Source of the DNA: Lytechinus pictus
Taxonomy: Eukaryota
Assembly (NCBI RefSeq): GCF_037042905.1
Contig: NC_087245.1
Coordinates: 23,252,001-23,316,000 of the forward strand
Length of the DNA: 64,000 nucleotides
Direction of reading: 5' to 3'
Shown here: one piece after another, positions 1 through 14,700 of the stretch
Position numbering within the stretch: the stretch's first letter is position 1
Layout: every line of letters begins with the position of its first letter
The notes under the pieces: generated by a model
What the model was told of the DNA's origin: nothing
The model's input: only the letters and a program-made list of their open reading frames with translations
The model's database searches: none
Made by a program: the position numbers and the translations under genes

Positions 1-502
1 TCACTGCCCCCTTTTTACCCAAGAAAAGTGCTCCTAAAGAACTTGTTCTGTGCCCCTTTCACCTGAGAAGGACCCGTTTTATGGTCACCATGACGATTGC
101 CCTTTGAAACAAGAAAACAATATTCTCATTTCGATAATATACTTATGAAGGAAATCCTTTGTGCATTAAGTTTAATAATTCATGGGTGGGGTATATAAGC
201 AGTTTCGTACAGATGGAGGGGGGCTTGAATGACTCTTGCCCCCCCCCCCCCCCCAAAAAAAAAAAAAAAAGTCAAAATTTTGCTCGCTCGCAACTTCTTA
301 AAAATTTCATGTAATACAGCATTTTCCCTATGCCCCCCCCCCCATTTTCAACTTCACTCCGCCGCTCCTATTTGTATGTTTATAGCTTCTCCTTTTGCAA
401 CCAGTTTTAATGAAAATCAACAAGAAATTTCATACGTCATGAATTTGGGGTTGTGATAATAATTTTTTTGTGTGTGAAAAATTGGACTTGGAAAAAAAAA
501 AC

Positions 503-3070
503 CTTTTCCATCTTCATCAAGTGGTTCCTAAGTCAGACTCTTCAATGTTGAATTGTTGGATTTCTTGAATGAAAACATCTGTTACACCAGTCCTGCAGAT
601 TGAAAAAATAGAGAAAGAAAATCAATGAATTTAAATTAAAATTGTCCTGATTTATGAAACTTAAATGTTTTAAGAAAAGTGAGACTATACATATATATGT
701 TTCTTCAACACATAACAGGAAATCTTACTTCTACTAATTATAAACTTGTACTTCTATAAAGCATATCACTTAAACCTGTTCTATGCAGTTTACATACCAC
801 TCTCCATTATAACGACATGTACTGTATGAAAAAATGCCAGAGATTTCTCATAAATATGAATATATGAATCAACATATGTAAATTATATAAATAGTCAAAA
901 TTAAAGTTGATATGTTTTGTTGCACAGAAATATGATTAAAAACGACACTAACTATAATCTAAAAACAAAATTGAAATTGGTTTTTCAAAGGCAGGTCTAT
1001 TTGTTGCCAAAAAAATGTGAACAATCTCCATTATTAAAAATATTCACTAATTAACTCACTCATATAACTGCTGTAGGTTGTATTTTTCTTTGTGGTCTAG
1101 TCGCTGTTCTATTAGGCCTACTTCACCGATTATTTATTATCATCAATCACCTCCATGGAAATTGTAAAACTGCATCATCCTATTGGACAAAATGTAAAAT
1201 AACAAGATTTTTAAAAATTGTAAATCTACAAATATGAATATCACACTAAAGAATGCATAAAATGAATTTTGTAAAATATGAAAAATAAATATTGCTTTGT
1301 TTATAAACAAATAGGAAATAAAAAGGCCATTTAATTACTAGTAGATCAAGGACATGACCTTATTTTATAAATTTGCCCAAGGTACATAACTTTTGGCATT
1401 GGTTCTATTTTAGACTCGAGAGCCTTAGGCTGTATATTTAAGAAGTGTATATTCATTACAGATCCTACCTCTTTGTGGCTCAGATTATTTTTATTTAATG
1501 TAAACATGGTTAACATTTAATGCATGTAATGTATCTGTAATTTTGTATGGGTTAGTTTAAGTTTTATACCTGGATGAGAATCTGCAAAATGATGCATGCA
1601 CTTATATGATCATCATCTTGAACCATATAGGTAGACCTCTACTGTTTTTTCTTGTTCTTCAAACTCAACCTGTTTGTGAAAGAAGAGAGAGAACAATAGT
1701 AAGAAGTGATCTTTTTCATGGCCGTATGTATAGGGGGAGGGGTTTGGGTAAGAGCTGAAATGTGAAAACCTTCATCAAAAAGAGAATTACTTGACATCCT
1801 TCAATTTTACGTTAGAAAATGCACAAAACGGCCCTAGGTAATATTGGTCACTTCTGGCCCTCGCTTTCTGCATTTTAGGTTTCTCTAATTTTTTTCACAT
1901 GTCTGCCCCCCCCCCCCCCAAAAAAAAAAAAAAAAAAAAAACTGGATCTTTTTATTTCCAAATCTCATTTCATTAGATTTTAACATAATTTCATAATCTC
2001 ATGCACTAGGTCTAGATCTATTTGTAAGAAAGTATAGATCTAGTCCAACAAGACTCAGTGCTGTGCGACAGCATTCATGTATCTAAATTAGGTCTAGATC
2101 TAGACTAACAATGGACTCTCGATCTATCTAGACCTAGGCCTAGTAGAAAGTAAAGCTTCGGTTCTAAACCCTATATCGGTTTAGAAATTATTGATGTCTG
2201 ACTTTGACTTCTATTCCTGGCTAAGAGTAAGACTTCACTGCCATGCATTATTGACCGAGAGTAGATCTAGATCTAGTCCGACTCCTTGGTCCACTGACAG
2301 TCATACTCGTACATGTAAATACTAAATGGAGTCGTTTAGGCCCAGACCTAGATCTAGGCCTAAATTACAGACCTAGATCATAAGCCCTGGGGGTAAGTAT
2401 CGAGGGTTGGGAAAGTATAAGTTAGACTAGATTTTAATTAGAAAGTCAAAAAGGGGCCTAAGCTTTCGATCCTAGCAGAATCTTCGTCGGAGGCAAAATG
2501 ATTTTAATTAGGTAGGCCTAGCTCTTGATACTTGATAGCATCGATGAATAATTAAAAGTAAAGTAGCCTAGGCCTACCTAGATCTAAGTATAAAGTAAGT
2601 AGGGCCTAGGATTAAGAATATCTAGGTCATAGATCTATTGATAATAAGACAAACATGCAGAGCAGCATGTTATTTCTAAGACCGAGTCTATATATTTATG
2701 AATAACAATAAGAGTTAAAATGGGTGGGGGCTAAATGCAGAAGCCTGAAGTTATGCAAAATAAATTTGATAATGATATCTGAAACAAAGTGAGGACTGAA
2801 CAATGACAGGCGTATCTTCATCCACACTCCGCTTTACTGTTTATTCCTGACTGAGTCTCGATCTACTGAAGATAGATGCAGATCTCCCTCTAGATCTAAC
2901 GTTACAGTGTACAAAAAGAAGTCTCATTCTTCTTGTTTTAATCAATCGTGGGTTGGTCCTTGTTGGAGGTGAACCAAACCAGCCCGATTATCTCTCGATT
3001 CCCAGCCGGCTAGGAGCCCGTACAAAATACACTGCAAGCAACATACAGGCTGCACTGGGCGACGATGACA
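503..3070 (-). other. Possible spliced non-coding or 5'-UTR exons of a transcript leaving the window to the left
   Basis: Exon-like blocks 1669-1570 (pyrimidine tract + cag, CAG|gtataa) and 592-503 (pyrimidine tract + gcag, weak donor gttttt); candidate first exon ~3070-2906 (ACT|gtaacg) downstream of a CpG/CCAAT/GC-box region at ~3290-3500. Only short uORFs. Confidence 0.4.
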
Positions 3071-5478
3071 ATCTAACTTCAATTTCAAAGACCAAATTCT
3101 GCTTTCCTTTAACAGAAGAATGATAGCAAACTCTCTAATTTGTTAAAGAAATAACCTAAGATCACAAAATACAGTGTGAAATGCGTAAATAGTCCACTGA
3201 ATTCATGTGGTTATATCAATTTATGCGTACTCACCGGAGTGTTCGTAGGTCCATTTTGTGTGTGGAAATAAAAGTTTCAGAATGAATAAATTAGATGACG
3301 TAATGAGGTCAAGTGAATAATTATTTCTGTAACACGATACCACTAGTATCGATGACAAAGAATCGGGGAAATCGCGTATTAATGACGCTCTTAGCCAATG
3401 AAAAGGCGGGATTATGAATATCTTCATGCTCATGAATGTCAATGAGGGCTTATTTTTGTCTTCAAATGATCGCGGTAGGCGGAGCCTAATCTCATTTGTT
3501 TTGTGCTGAACGCGCACGCAGCTTTCGGTCTAGTAATATATTATAAGGTCTTTGGGGTGGGTGCAGGGAGGGGGAGTTTCCCCCTCCCGCGCGAAGCGCG
3601 AAGCTTTTGGTGTTTCATAAATCAAAATGAAAAGGAGCCGTCTCTCTTGTCTCTAGTATCTATATCAGCTCAAATTCAGTTGACTATATTGTGATTTTGA
3701 ACCTGGTTTTCATGAACCTTGTTTTCAAAAAAGATTGTGAACGCACAAAAAAGGAATACAATGGAGGAAATTAAAATTATAATAACCCCGCGCGAAGTGC
3801 GGAAGCTTAAGCGTTTTATCAATTTTTTGCCATGAAAAGAGTCCCGAGAAAAGGATATTCTCAAACATATACTGAATACTTCCCTTGGAAAGATCAGATT
3901 TGATTACAAACAATTTAGCGACAGTGCATATCTTTAACTCGCAAAACAGAGGAGAAAAAGTGTATATGCCGGGAGGAAGATATTCCTCCCCGTGCAGAGC
4001 AACGAAAATCTGAAATTTCAAAGGGCGGACGTTTCATCAAATGCAGATATCTCCAATACCCCATCGGCTCTAATTCTATTTATTTTCTAAGATTATTGAA
4101 CTTCATTAAAAGGAAAATAGTGCGCAAAAAGTTGAAACTTCTGTGATTTATTGAAATTATATAAAAAGGATGCCTAATTTCTTTGACTTATCCTGAAGCG
4201 CTTCATTTTGAATTATAAAGAAACTTAAGAGTCATTCAAAATTTCAAACTGAGGGCGCAAAACAGGACAGGAGATGAATGTACAGGGAAATAACATGAAG
4301 TTTAATCGAATTTGATAAAAAAAAATTGTACTTTTTTATCTAATACCCTTATACGATACGAATTTTATACCTTCCTCTTTTTGGATTAGGAACCTGTTTG
4401 CCCAAAAAATTATGGTTGTTTAGTAATGAGCTGAAAAGCGGGAGAAGTTGACTTTATGGAGGTGACGGCAGAAATTGATATAAAGATTTTACCCGCCCGG
4501 AGCCGACCCGACCAGAGGTTGCGTGATCAATTAAAAAAATATATAACTTCATATACTTCGGCCTAACCTTACTCTAATTCCATGCCCTGATGTATACGTT
4601 TGAACTTTAACTGGCAATAAACACATATAGCTGAGGTAGAAAAACAGGGTTAGAGAAAGGGTGGGGGAAACAATGGAGATCTTCAATATTGTCATTTAAC
4701 CGCGCGCAGCGCGGAAACAAAATTCATATATAAATTTAAAGCAAGAGTGAAGGAGTTTCTCTTTTGAGAAAAAAAAAAGAAAAAGAAAAAAAAAAAAAAA
4801 AGCTACCTTTCTTCCCTTTCCTTTTCCTTTTCTCTTCTCTTTTTTCCCTTCTTTTTTTCTTTTTGGGGACGTTTTGGGGGGGGCGACCGCCCCCACCGCC
4901 CCCCCCTGGCTACGCGATATGGGTGGAATTATACAGAGCAACCAGCTAAAGTAAGCTGATATAATCTGAAAATCAATAAAAAATGTAACATTAAGTGAAC
5001 TGAAATTTTTATGACCATTTCTTCAAATGTCTTATGCCCTTCGAAGTCAGTTCTCAAGTCACATGTTTCAGAATAATTCACTGATTAAAAGCTCTTTACA
5101 CCCAATATTTATTTGCTTTTTGTGTACTTCTTTTTGAAGACTGGTATTTTGTCTGAAATTTCTTTTCCTCAATTTATAAATAAACAAGTTAAGAAGACTC
5201 TGATTTACCTTTCGATTTGTGTTTGTCTATTATTCTATTATTCATTGGTCTATTCATTCAATCATTTATTCATTTACTAAATTTTACTTTCATTCATTAG
5301 TCAGTGTTTACTTGATTGCTTATTTCTCTATTTAGTTCCCTGATTTCATTATTATCATTTTCTTTTTGAGAGGGAATGGGGGGGGGGAGGAGCTTAATGA
5401 TTCTTCATCAGATTAGTAAGCAAGTTGACAGACCCAAGGGAATAACATTCTTAACTAGATGGAGGAGCACTGTTATCA

Positions 5479-5738
5479 TCATCTCTTATCTTCTACTGCG
5501 TATGTCTTCTTCTCTATCTCTCGCACAAGCCTGCGTCCGTAAAAGTCCCTGTATTCATCAGGAAGACCTTCCAGAGATTTTATAGCTCTTTGAACTATCT
5601 GCAAAGCCTTGCTGGCCGCAATGGGGTCTTTGTTGCCGTAAGTATCTTTGTTGTCATAGCAACTGATATCAAGATGTCGCCAGAAGACATTGACAGCTAC
5701 ACTGAAGTCTAAGGAAACCACATTGTGAAACCACAGAG
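5479..5738 (-). CDS. TYW5: TYW5 coding exon 8 (terminal)
   Basis: [22 protein letters not shown]...YAVEDKR then TGA TGA TAA; candidate AATAAA at 5270-5265. Confidence 0.96.
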
Positions 5739-8700
5739 CTGCAATAACAAACAACAAATAATATCTATTGCTGCTAATTTTCTTGCATTTGTACAAGAAT
5801 ATTCAAAATTACCATCATAATTTGAGGGACAAAACATAGCAGTATGCTTGTGGATTCAAAATATCAGGGAAACATGGGATAATAAGGAATAAAAAAAATA
5901 GAAAAATACACAGACGTATGAGACAATTTGTTTGAAAAAATAGACCAGACTTTTTAATCTTGCCCACTTTTTTTGCTAGAAACACTAAATTAGGAGTATG
6001 CATAATTAAATCTGTTTTAACTAATACACCAAAATATCCTATACATGTATAATAACTCAAATATTAGTTTAATTTGGTTCTACGAACTTCTGCAAGAGTT
6101 TATTCTATAGAAATATATTAATCAATTGTCATAAAAGGTCAAAAGGTACATTGAACTATATCACAGAGAATTATAGGATTTATCTTATCTGAGGTCACAT
6201 AACAGATTTTATTTGAATTGAAAATGAGTTTCAAATAGTCCTAGATGTAACAAATCAGCAAAGTAATGATCCCAGCAATAGAAATTTGATGGAAACTATC
6301 CCCATGGATTTTTTTTTTTTGGCAACTGGGCCTGGGAGGAGAAAATGAAATTAGGTAGTCGTAATGACTTGAACTTTGCAAATAAATGGGTATCATTACG
6401 AGTGCTACTCAAAATTTATGGCTAATTTGAACCGTGTTAATGATGTTTAAGAAACCGAAGAACCTTGTCCTTGTCAAGGCACTGAGACATCGATTCCGTA
6501 GTGCTGAGCTCATACTTCTCAATTGACTTGGACATTGCGAGGGCTATTCATTTCTTCTTGAATTCAAAACGGCATTTGCAGTACATGCAGCTGTTGAGAG
6601 TGCTTCAAGCTTACTACCTCTTAGTATCATTCGACATCCATCGTGTCCTGCAGTAATTCACTCAGACTTTGATAATTTTGACACATTTGTGAATGATCTA
6701 TACGGAGCTGGAAGTGTCTATTGAGCGCATGGAATCATGCTTCAGTTTTCAAGATCAAGGTGAAAGTATCAGAAGAACAAAATCAGTCATGCAGACATTG
6801 ACGGGAACAAGAGAGATATCATGACATTGGGGACCAAGCAAAATCTTCCAGAGTGTAACATGGAGAAACACAAGTCACCAAAATTCAAGGTTGTCAAGAA
6901 ATATGTTGATGGTGAAAGAGTACTTGCGAGAGAAATGGAGAAGAATCTCCGTTGGATCATGGTGCGATTGGACAGTGCTGTTAGACAACAGAAAGTGCAC
7001 GGCTAGGGAGGATATGTTTCACTGACAAGAATTATCCCTGTGAATATTATCCCATCATACCTCTCCCAATTACTGATATCAAAGTCATTCAGTAATGCCT
7101 CAGGTACTAAGAAGTGGGTTCACAAGATGTTGGGCGTGTCCATGATGGCATTTCCACTGGTATGAAATAATACACACCAATGTGAGAAACACAACACCAT
7201 GATTGGTACTTTCCATTTAGTCTGTGGCTGTTGGGGAAGAAGATGGATGGAAAAGGGTTCGCTGAAAATTTGCTGGAAGCTTGTCTTACAACATCTGGAT
7301 CTTCGATGGAAGTCATTCCAGCCAAGAATTATGCCTAACCACTATAACCTGCCACAAACTCTGATGGAAGCCCTTGAGAGATTAGTGTTGGCTTGTTTTC
7401 TGAGATGAAGAAATACCATTTGAGAAGCTACCAGTCTTCTAGGGACTGCATCGAGAGTCTTGTTACATCACCAATCATCATTCAGACATATTATTCCTCT
7501 AGCTTTACTATGCTAGATCACTGGATGGACTTTAAAACCTGTTTAAAACTGGAAAGGGCAACAAATGATGCTACATAGATGTGACAAAGCTGGGCATGTC
7601 TTCCACGCCTGTTCTTTGTTCTCCATTGCTTGGCTACTATGTGTGCGACATGGGTGCAACAGTACCAGTGCCTTCAAAGGAAAGGGTAAAATGAAGGGGT
7701 TGAAAGTCGTTGAAACAGATATAAATCATTCCAGGAAGCATTCTCCATGTTAGGGTAGTCTTGGCAGAGAAGTTTGCATGCATGCTCTATGGTACCATAA
7801 CAGAAGAAAATAATGGAGAGGAATTGCTAAATAAAAGTACCGTAAGGGCACTATGTGACTAGTATTCAACCCGTTTGGAGAGTTTCCTCAAATATATAGA
7901 AATATAGAATTTACCTGAATTTCAGACCCGTCTTATTTCCAAGAGCAAATGCTGGTTTTTCTTTTTCTGTTATTTTTTTCTTCAACCCGTCGACTGTGTG
8001 CGCGGGCGATTGAATTATACGGCGATGGTTTTTGGCACTAGTATTCAATCCGTCGGCACTAGTATTCAACCTAGCAATGAAAGACGGCCCTGTCTCTCAA
8101 TCTGCCCTTGTCCCATCTGACTATGGACTAGACCATTTGAGATGAGACCAAACAGGGAATTAATCAAAGCCAGAGACTTACATAGATCTAGATCTAATTT
8201 AGCAATCTAAACCATTTTGAAATTCGCGATCTATCATCACTAGGTTGAATACTAGTGCAATTCAGTGCAAAAGGTCATCGCCACATAATTCGATCCTCCG
8301 CGCATACAGTCGACAGACTGATAAAGAAAATACCAACAACAGATTACCCTGGAAATAACAAAGGTATGAAATTAAGATAAATTCCCTATTTCTAAATATT
8401 TTGGGGAATTTGTCAAAATCTTTGAATTATGCCGGGTTGAATATTAGTGCCCATACGGTAGTCATATCTAGATGTGTCTAATCTTCATTTTCTGCTTCCA
8501 GCTGAAAATGTGGGCATGGTCAAAAGGTCAATGGGGATAATATTCCATCGAATTTCTATTGCTGGGAACATTCATTTTCTAATTTTTTACATCTAGGACT
8601 ATTTGAGATTCATTTTTAATTAAAGCAAAGCTGTTATATGACCTTGGTGACAAAGAAAAATCCAATAATTGCTCTGTAACATGGTTCAATGTACAAGATA

Positions 8701-11700
8701 ATGACCTTTTGACCTTTGATATATTAAGATATTTTTAAAAATAAACACTTGCAGAAATTCATAGAACTCAATTAAACCAATATTTGAGTGATCATACAGG
8801 ATAAATTGGTGTAAAGTTGAATATGCATACTCCTACTAATTTGGTGCTTCCTGCAGAAAAAGTAGGCATGGTACAAAAAGTCCGGGAAGGGGGGGGGGGT
8901 GGGGGGTAACTTCCATCCCAGCTTTTTTTTCTTGGTAACACAAATTGTCTAAACCAATGGCTAAAGGAATGGTTTGCGAATTTCAAATATCCAAATAATA
9001 GAAGGGATTATGGAGAAACAATTTAATTATATGACATGACTCACCTGGAATAAAAAGCACATCCCCTGGTTCTAGGAGACAATGATACGGTGTGGCTAAT
9101 TTGAGGGATGGATATTTCTCAAAGTCTGGGTTATCAAGGTCCATTACAGCAGATTTATCACCTACAAAGGAAATGCAAAGTAAAATTAATTCAACAAGAT
9201 GGATATACCTTTAAACATGCAAGCTCTGAGATATATTACACACTTCAAAAAATTCTACACCATCATACAAATACCTATGTTCAAATCTCTGACTATGCTA
9301 TTATCCTTAATTTTTCATTCAATTTAATATCTAGTTGTAATGACGTCATAGCAATCGTACGATCGGCTACAATTTGAAAATAATTTGGCCTTTACTCCCA
9401 AATAAAGGCTTGCAATCACCCAAAATTGTTATATTAGTATTCTATCAGTTAATTTTTAACGTCATATAAAAAGATAATTTTCATTCACTTTTCAGAAAAT
9501 GATCAAATGCGATTTGTCCCAAAATCGGATCGTGGACCAGTCATAAGGTGTACAGTGGCCTTTATGCTGTAAACCAAGGGGCATAGGTTAATTGATGGTT
9601 CACACTCCCTTTAACTATGTATATTAGAGAGTTTCAATGTACTTCACTTTGGTACCTAACACTGATATATCAATGTGCTCATATCAGAATTGCTTTGGAG
9701 ATGCTGAAAGGGATGATTCTTCAAGGTTCAAGGTTATAAATTTTGACTTGGTAACCCTGAAAATAAATTAGATTATCATCACTAGCACATGCATATGTGC
9801 AAAGTTTGGAGCTGATCCGTCAAATGTTCTTCATTTATCAGAAGTACATTATGAGCAATTTTCGTACATATAATTTATCTACGAATTTGTTATTTGTTTT
9901 AGTTATTGCGAGAACAAAAAAAATGCCTATTCAAATGAACTGCCCAAACATACATGTTCTAATCCTAATTTGCAATAAAAAATTTCAGTTTTGAAACTGT
10001 TATTCACATCAACTCTTTCGAAAACACATTGTTTTATGATTGACCACACAACCCTAGATTTTTTAAGGATCCAGCAGTCCCAGGTTTCATAAAGCAAAGA
10101 TGAAAAAGAAGTATATCAAAGCACGTTACCTGTAAGGTAGAGATGATTGGCATCCTGTGGACTGAATAGAATCACACGCTTATGACCTCGGACTTGCATC
10201 AATATATTGTCCATGACCTTCAAAAACATGAACATGAAGAAAAATATGCACATGAGTGAATGTATACTGGGCCAAAACCTTTGGGAAGGCCTGACTTATG
10301 AACACTGTGTACAATTTCTGAGAATTTTTTAATAGGAAATGCGTGCTGAAAAAATTCTCTCTCTCACTCTCTACAAAAAAAATCAAAGACAAGGATGCAA
10401 AATTGATAAACCACATGTACTAGGAAAATCTGTTGCTGCACAGTGGCTACTGGGCCAACGATCACTTGGGCAAAATTTATTTTCAGAGTACTTCTATTTT
10501 GAACAATAAAATATGGATTTTCATTTTCATTATCTTGTATTGGCCTTTGTGTAGGGTTCATACCCTTACACAAAAAACGAGGTTTTTTTTTCAATGATAA
10601 AAAATAGAAATTCTTCTTTATATCTATGAAAAAAATTGAATGAATAATAAAACTTACATCATAGTGTGTCCACAACTGCAAATTTGCTGAACCTACACGA
10701 AAGACACTCGAGAAAAACTGTTCTTGGTTAAAGAAATCTGGTATTTTGAGGTCGTCTGCTAATGATGGAAACTGAGCCTTCACATCTGCTATTCCCTGTA
10801 AATATGAAGGCCAGGGTAATAATATACATGTAAGTCCTTTGGAAGTGCATAGGGAAGTTATGACATAATGTGATATGTGCTATAAAAGAACTGCGTTTTT
10901 ATTATTTTCATATTAAACAATCTACTCTCTTTTAAATGATGGCAAGCCACTAAACAGCATACATAAATTGCATTTCCTCTTGTTTTGTCATTCTCAGAAA
11001 AGGTCACCATTCATGAAAATCACGACTCAACCATCTTTCCGCCCCACATCCAAGCAAGTGTGAACACACACAAAAACAAACAACTGCACACCGCATCAAC
11101 TTTCAGTGACCCACAACTCCCAGATCTGAATATAAATGCAGATTACAAATTATTTTTGTATGTTAATGTTGTGGATATTCACAAATCTAACAGGTTCAAA
11201 TCACATTTCAAACCATCAATGGCCACACAATTCACTTCCAATATTATGAAAGATAATCAGGAAAGAAAAAAAAACACATCGTGAAATAATTCATGTTCAT
11301 TTTTACATATTTTATTGGTGATCTCTGCTCCATATGTCTTCTTCAAATTAATATCTTCTTTATCCTGTTAAAGAAGAATGAACAAGTGAATTATTTTAAA
11401 GAAAAAAGCACTACAGATAAGATTTACCTTCCGAGGGTCCTCACCAAGTGATCGCAGATAATACAGCTCATTCTGTTCAAAGAAATTGATAACAAAGAAT
11501 TTTGAATGTTTACATTCATATTCACCAAGAGCGGAATACAATATGCCTATAGTAATTAGAAATGAAAAGATGATCCATTTATATTTGTAAATCAAGATGT
11601 AAAAGGAACAACACAGAACATAAAAAAACAATTAAACAAATCAAATAAAAATGAGAAATATTGAAAGATAATTCTAATTTGCATATATGGATAATCAATT

Positions 11701-14700
11701 TAACATGAATAAAAGATTTCTGACAATGAATCTAGATTGTAGTTCACTGAAAAAGACTTAATGCATACCAGGATTGGTGGAATTCACAAGGTGAATGGTG
11801 AAAAACTTCAGAGGCTGAATTGCCTCTCCCTCGCCTTATTTTCACTTTAGACACCAAATTAACAAATACATAAAGCCAGTATACAATTTTACATTTGAAA
11901 GGAATTTAATTCTAGAATGACAATTCTCCTAAATAATGTCATACCTTTTCAAAAAAGAAATCCTCTTGAACTTCTTTTGCGCATCGATGGATAAGCTCAG
12001 AGAAGGGGAGACTCCTGGATTTATGAATGTTAGGATAAATTAAAAATTTTAAAATTTCATTACTGTCTGTACTACAGTAGCTAATTTAGTATGTACATGT
12101 AAAATAATGAGAAATAGTTTGAATCTAACTCTAGTTATCCAATATTTCTAACAGTCTGTAGTCTCTGTATCAGAATACAAGATAATGATAATACATGATA
12201 TCTTAATAGCACTATTTCCACTTTGGTAAAAATGCTTAAGGTGATTTAGGAAGACAGAGATGGAAGAAAAGAAGAGATAGAGGGAGATATAGAGAGAATA
12301 GAGAACTGCCAATCAAACATACATTGTTCAAAGTGGCCTTCATGCTCCTTTAGAAATTACAGAATTTGGCTGGAGATTAGAAACAAAAGCAATCGATTGA
12401 CTGGAAAAAGTACAACAGTGTAATCCTTAATGATAATAAATAAAAACTTTCCCTATAGTCAATACTCTCTTCATTTGTTCATTTGAAAGCATGAATTGTA
12501 ATTTGAAAAAAAAGGATCTCTAAACTCTCAATAGCCAATAACTAGTAATTGATAACATTACGTACATACATGTATGTAAAAATATAAATTGTAGTATAGA
12601 TGTAAAAAAAAAAAAAAGATCTATCACATAAAGAGAGGATAATTCATGAATCAGTGGATCCTTGATACATTACCTATAGGCATAATTCTTGTTTATAAAG
12701 TCCATCTTGGATGAAGGACTAACATGAATCTTGACCTCTGTATCACCCCCTTGTGAAGCAAGGTATTCAGCTGTCCATTTCTCAACACATGGGCCAATGT
12801 CTAACCCTCGAATGACAGCAGGATTCCTCTGTTTAAAAAAAACAAACAATAATTTAACTGTAGGCTAATTATTTTCCCTTTCATTAATACAGACTTTACA
12901 GTAAAACCATCTGTGGAATGGTGGATCCAGGCTTTGTTTTTGTTTAGACTAATACCATTTGGCCCAATGCCCAAATTTTCCAACACCACCTGGGCCCCGT
13001 CTTACAAAGAGTTGTGATTGATCCGATCGATCGCAACTATGGACGGCCAGCAATGTCAACATCTATTATGCATGTTTGTTGAAATATATTTTCTAGCTAT
13101 GATGTATATTCATGCATTCATTGTTGTCTTGAAAATTCACTGTGCTTTTCTTTGTTTACAAAGGACATTGTGCACATTTCCTATAGAAAAAATTATGACA
13201 CTGATGGATTTCCATAGAGTTAAGATTGATTGGATCAATCGTAACTCTTTGTAAGACGGGGCCCTGGTCTATTAGTAACAATTATCTTCATTATTTCCTC
13301 ATCATCATTCATCTCTATCATCTTTACTAATCTAATCAACATCATGATAATCAAGCTATCATCATTACCAGTCATCATCATCATCATCATCATCATTCAT
13401 TTAATCATTTTTATCATCATTCATTACCATAAAAGTCAGCCATCATCAACTCATCACCAGTATCATAATTAATAATTGACACATTAAATTGATTGACACA
13501 CATTAAAACAGAAGTCAAGATGAAATTGAGTTGGTGACTAAATGGATGCCTCTGATCAACAGTTTTTTTTTTATTATTATCTAAAGAAAACTTCTTGCTA
13601 GCCGGGATTATCTGATAGGGGTGAAAGGCCATCTCAACTTGATTTAACTCAACACCTAGACAGGAATAACCGTCGTTTCTGGGGATTTATTCAACAATTT
13701 CTGACATTTTACTGTAATCCCCATTTACCGACGGTAGGGTGTACGTGTGGGCTCGCATGTGTTCTCATTCCCTCCCTTTTGTCAATTCACAGTCCAAAGT
13801 TTGATGTAATTTTACACATCGAATTTACAATCTAAGGATGTATAAACAACAAACTTTTAGACCTTGATATTCGAATATTTAAATACTTTAAACGATATAG
13901 ATGAAAAAGGCATGAAAAATATACTTTACCGATGTTTAATTGGGTTGAACACGATAAAAATGGTCAAAATGGCAGCCAAACTATAAAATATTTACAAACG
14001 AACGTCAACAATCACGAATGTGATATCGATATTGCTTTCGATATTATACGATCTGCTCCATATGCGAACGAAACCGAAGATAAACGATACTAGTTATACT
14101 AGTAGGCCTACTAGTACTAGTTATAATCGCGATATATCGATTCGAGACATTAAGTTAATAACGATAATGACGTCATTCAAGATGGCAACTTGCAAGAAAA
14201 ACGGTCAGGTCAGGTGAAAATGTCTTAGATGACAGATTTCTCAATCATCCAGAGGATTTTTTTCAATAACTCCGGCCCAAGGTATGCAATTACTTAAGTT
14301 ATTTATATTTCCCTGATAATGGAAACCATGAAACTTTCAATTTTGCTTAAAAAACAGTTTTAAATCGCGATCTATAAAACGCTAGTTCACTATACGTTGG
14401 CTGTAGGTACGGGGCCCCATCCCCTTCAGTCTATCATGTATGGTGAGTGGAGCCAACGTAGTTCAGCGGAACAACCAAAATACAGAGACTGAAGCTTTAG
14501 TTTTGGTCTACTCAACACCCTGCTCGAAGCAGACCATAGCCAAACAAACTGATGACTATAATACTCCTTAGTTAAATTGCCCAGGGGCATCATCAATCAG
14601 AGAAAGGGGTATTGCATAACACAACAGTCTGTCTGTGACATGGTTTGAGACAAGGGGAGGTTACAACCGTACCTCAACCTCCTAAGTTAGGCCTAACGTT

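Noticed and set aside
14423..14540. Two-hairpin structure with an ANANNA hinge on the minus strand, resembling an H/ACA snoRNA
   Set aside because: No terminal ACA, and a homologous stretch occurs inverted at ~20776-20835, indicating a dispersed repeat.
14549..14580. CUGAUGA as a possible additional hammerhead core (also at ~16594, 57184 and 59235)
   Set aside because: No stem II-GAAA-UH arrangement with a closing stem I.
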